Source: an uncultured Gemmatimonadota bacterium (GTDB lineage Bacteria; Gemmatimonadota; Gemmatimonadetes; Palauibacterales; Palauibacteraceae). From it: 59,476 bases of DNA. A model generated the notes under the pieces. It saw only the letters and a program-made list of their open reading frames with translations, did not search any database and had not been told where the DNA came from. Made by a program: the position numbers and the translations under genes. This document shows, in pieces, positions 56,993 to 59,476 of this stretch (position 1 is its first letter; each line of letters starts with the position of its first letter). Where the stretch lies: positions 1-59,476 of the forward strand of contig CAZTGV010000001.1 of NCBI GenBank assembly GCA_964613475.1. Direction: 5' to 3'.

Positions 56993-57724
56993 TCAGCCGA
57001 AGGCGCCGGCGACCGCCGCGCCCACCGCCTGGAAGAGGACGTAGAGGCCCACCAGCAGGGCCGCGGCGCTCCCGGCCCGCCGGCCCGGATAGATCCGGCT
57101 CACCGCCACCCCGAGCACCGCCGCCGTCCACAGGCCGAACACGCTCAGGCCCCGCAGGAGCCGCTGGAGGTAGCCGCCCGCCTCCAGGAAGGGGGCCAGG
57201 AGGTGCAGGGAGAGGGTCACCTCCGGATCGCCGGCCAGGACCACCAGGCCGAGCGTCACCAGCTGGCCCGTGCCCCAGATGAGGTAGGCGTGCGCGGTGG
57301 CCGCCACGAGCTGCCGGTAGGAGGCCTCGCCGGCCAGCAGGAAGTCGTAGATCAGGATCAGCAGCGCGGCGACCAGCGCGATCACCACCGGGGGGACGAA
57401 GAGCGCGGCGCCCAGCACCCACCAGCGCGCCAGCTCCGCCATTCCCGCCACCTGCTCCGGAGTGGCCTCGGCCGGGGCCCGCGCGGCGAGGACCTCGCGC
57501 AGGATCTCGGTCGGAAGGAGCAGGTTGGCCAGGACGCTGAGCGCTACGACGAGCAACAGGGCGCCCACCCAGCGCGGCCGACGCGCCAGCTCGTCGAACA
57601 GGCGCGCCGGAGCCACGAAGACGCGCGCGTAGCGGACGGGGAGGCTCGAGGTCTCGGCCGGCCGCTCCGACGGAAGGGGCTCGGGTTCGGCGGTCACGGC
57701 GGCCGTCCTCGCGTCTTCGCTCAC
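56993..57724 (-). CDS. Yip1-domain membrane protein
   Basis: VFVAPARLFDEL..RPRW N-terminal motif, about five TM helices, SYRQL, FGLW. Confidence 0.8.
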   Translation of the reverse strand: MSEDARTAAVTAEPEPLPSERPAETSSLPVRYARVFVAPARLFDELARRPRWVGALLLVVALSVLANLLLPTEILREVLAARAPAEATPEQVAGMAELARWWVLGAALFVPPVVIALVAALLILIYDFLLAGEASYRQLVAATAHAYLIWGTGQLVTLGLVVLAGDPEVTLSLHLLAPFLEAGGYLQRLLRGLSVFGLWTAAVLGVAVSRIYPGRRAGSAAALLVGLYVLFQAVGAAVAGAFG

Positions 57725-57731
57725 GCGCTAC

Positions 57732-57760
57732 TGCATAGCCTCCGCGCCGCGTGGGGGCAA
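57732..57760 (-). promoter_or_regulatory. Putative sigma70 promoter (leaderless) for the Yip1 gene
   Basis: Minus strand: TTGCCC, 17-nt spacer, TATGCA, then 7 nt to GTG57724; the last base of the -10 hexamer deviates from T. Confidence 0.4.
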
Positions 57761-57792
57761 ACGCCGCGGGCCGAGCGCCGGCGCCGCGGCGT

Positions 57793-58527
57793 TCAGGGCA
57801 CCCGCACGTGCAGCCGGTTCTCGCCGGGCGTCGCGACCCGCAGCACCCGGCCGTCCGGGTCCAGCCACACCCGGTGGCGCCGGCCGTCGACCTCCACCTC
57901 CCAGCGGGTGGCCGCCCGGTCCTCGTCGCCCACCCGCACCGTCTCGGCCTGTCCGCGGCGGATGGTGGCGGTCGCCTGCCGGTTCGCCGCCGGCAGGATC
58001 ACCGGGATGCGGGCGCCGTCCGCCGCGTCCCCGAGCTGGCGGAACAGGAGGTAGAAGTGATGGGCGACCCCGTCCTCGAGGATCGCCACCGGTCCCGGGG
58101 TGAGGTACTCCTTCCAGCGCTCGCCCTCCTCCGAGGCGATGTGGAGGCGCAGGCGGTCGCCGCTCCACACGCCGTCCACCGCGCGGACATCCCCGGCGCT
58201 CGCCCGCAGGGCGTAGCTGTTCGGCCGGAACGAGGCGCTCGTCTGGAGCCGCACGTCCATCGAGGCCAGCCCGGGCGCGCCGCGCTCCAGGGTCAGCCGG
58301 CCGGCGGCGCGGAAGACCCCGTCCTCCCGGCGGACGGCGAACGTCTCCGTCCCGACCGACCGCTCGCCGACCCGGATCTCGAAACGGCCCGCCTCCACCT
58401 CCTGCACGCTCTGGCCGAGGGCGGCGGGCGCGCCGGCGACCACCAGCGCGGCCGCCAGCAGGGCGGCGGCTCCCGCCCGCGCGCCCGCGGTCCCCGCGGC
58501 GCGCGTCGTCCCGCTACCCTGTCGCAT
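57793..58527 (-). CDS. Hypothetical secreted beta-rich protein
   Basis: Signal peptide (AAALLAAALVVAGAPAALG), then alternating beta-strand pattern (GRFEIRVGERSVGTETFAVRR); overlaps the upstream gene by 14 nt. Confidence 0.75.
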   Translation of the reverse strand: MRQGSGTTRAAGTAGARAGAAALLAAALVVAGAPAALGQSVQEVEAGRFEIRVGERSVGTETFAVRREDGVFRAAGRLTLERGAPGLASMDVRLQTSASFRPNSYALRASAGDVRAVDGVWSGDRLRLHIASEEGERWKEYLTPGPVAILEDGVAHHFYLLFRQLGDAADGARIPVILPAANRQATATIRRGQAETVRVGDEDRAATRWEVEVDGRRHRVWLDPDGRVLRVATPGENRLHVRVP

Positions 58528-59281
58528 CGACCCGCTCCTCCGCGAACAGGCGATCGCCCACGTGCTCGACCAGGTAGTCATGGATCCGTCGTCCTTTCTC
58601 CGCCGACGCCGCGCTCGGCCGCCCGACCACTCCGGGCGAGCCCGGGCGCGGGATCGGCTCCGTGCCGTCCAGCAACGCGTCCAGCTCATCCGATGAGACG
58701 GGCGCGTCCAGCACCTCGTCACGGCGGACCAGATCGGGCGCCAGGTACAGGAGGAGGGAGGTTTCGACCTCGCCCGCCCGCTCCGGATCTGGCCGGCGAT
58801 CGAGAACCGGCGAGAGGTCCACCGCGTTCAGGTCGACCGCCCGGACGCGGGCCTCCTCGGTGATCGCGGTGAGAAGGCTTCCGAAGTGGGCCGCCCATCC
58901 CTGCGAGGTGAGGAGGATGAGCTCGCGCAGGCCCTGGGACTCCCAGGCGGCGATGAGCTCGTTCACCACCCGGTGGAGCGTCTTGGCCCGGAGCGGCGCC
59001 GTGCCCGCGTAATCCCGGTCCCGGTCGGAGGAAGCCCCGTACGGGAGCGTGGGCGCCACCAGCACCTGGTGACGGGCGGCCATCCCCTCGGCGATCGCCG
59101 TGACGATCCGCGTGTCCGTGTCGAGGGGCAGGTGGGGCCCGTGCTGCACGCAGGTCCCCACCGGCAGGAGCAGGCGTGGATCCCGGTGGATCCACCGGGA
59201 CGCCGCCAGCCAGGTCATCTCCGCCAGGCGGGGCGGCCGCGGGCCGCCGGCTTCCCTGCCGCCCTTCGTCGGCTGTTCCAT
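58514..59281 (-). CDS. Creatininase/MftE family protein with degenerate metal site
   Basis: LPVGTCVQHGPHLPLDTD, PTLPYGAS, AGEVETS, PGVVGRPSAASAEKG; GGAGGAG RBS before ATG59281. Confidence 0.85.
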   Translation of the reverse strand: MEQPTKGGREAGGPRPPRLAEMTWLAASRWIHRDPRLLLPVGTCVQHGPHLPLDTDTRIVTAIAEGMAARHQVLVAPTLPYGASSDRDRDYAGTAPLRAKTLHRVVNELIAAWESQGLRELILLTSQGWAAHFGSLLTAITEEARVRAVDLNAVDLSPVLDRRPDPERAGEVETSLLLYLAPDLVRRDEVLDAPVSSDELDALLDGTEPIPRPGSPGVVGRPSAASAEKGRRIHDYLVEHVGDRLFAEERVDATG

Positions 59282-59423
59282 CGCTCCTCCGACCCTCTCC
59301 TCGGGGACATCGCCGCGTGCGACGTTGGCCCGCCGGGCCCGGCCGGCGCAAGGCGTCGCGCCGGGGCGGGCGAGCGTACCCCGCCGTTGCCGCGGCGTTG
59401 AGGGCGCGGCGTAGGCTGGTCCC

Positions 59424-59476
59424 ATGGTCGCCGAGGTCGCCTCGGCCGCCGTGATGGGGCTGGAGGCCCGCCGCGT
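59424..59476 (+). CDS. YifB/ComM-like Mg-chelatase-family ATPase, first codons only (3'-truncated)
   Basis: MVAEVASAAVMGLEARR resembles the ComM/YifB N-terminus; preceded by TAGGCT-N6-ATG. Confidence 0.6.
   Translation, partial: MVAEVASAAVMGLEARR

Noticed and set aside
59348-59362. Minus-strand sigma54 promoter for the creatininase-like gene
   Set aside because: GG-to-GC spacing is one base too long, and sigma54 spacing is strict.
1-59476. CRISPR array, rRNA or IS elements
   Set aside because: No regularly spaced direct repeats with unique spacers, no rRNA signatures and no transposase motifs seen.

Overview
Very GC-rich bacterial chromosomal segment, mostly housekeeping genes. The gene order and conserved hypotheticals suggest a Gemmatimonadota-like diderm (inference only). 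Left arm: alaS(3' part)-hyp-SDR-cca-rarA-hflX-DUF2520-pdxJ-flippase-like-ispE-tRNA-Gln(UUG). About 15 kb of accessory genes then separate tRNA-Gln from prs: RCC1/BLIP-II-like lipoprotein, YyaL/SSP411, PQQ sugar dehydrogenase, a sigma54-preceded SOD-fold-like lipoprotein, M14 peptidase, mscS, ftsH, mscS, otsA. Next come prs-rplY-pth-hppA-rpsF-rpsR-DUF2232-rplI-rsfS, two SPOR-domain genes leading into smc, an MBL hydrolase, aroF, a start-less yraN, SRP RNA-dnaX-ybaB-recR-hyp-pgsA-cinA-grpE-dnaJ, iscS-mnmA (minus), a stand-alone HIRAN-like gene, and bshB1. The right end holds a Yip1/MFP/ATPase/two-permease MacB-type cluster, a secreted hypothetical, a degenerate creatininase and the first codons of a YifB/ComM-like gene. 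No integrase, transposase, phage gene or CRISPR array was seen. The best candidate for an undescribed system is the SPOR-lipoprotein / pseudo-MinD-TM-2xSPOR / smc unit. All protein calls come from motifs read by eye, not from database searches.
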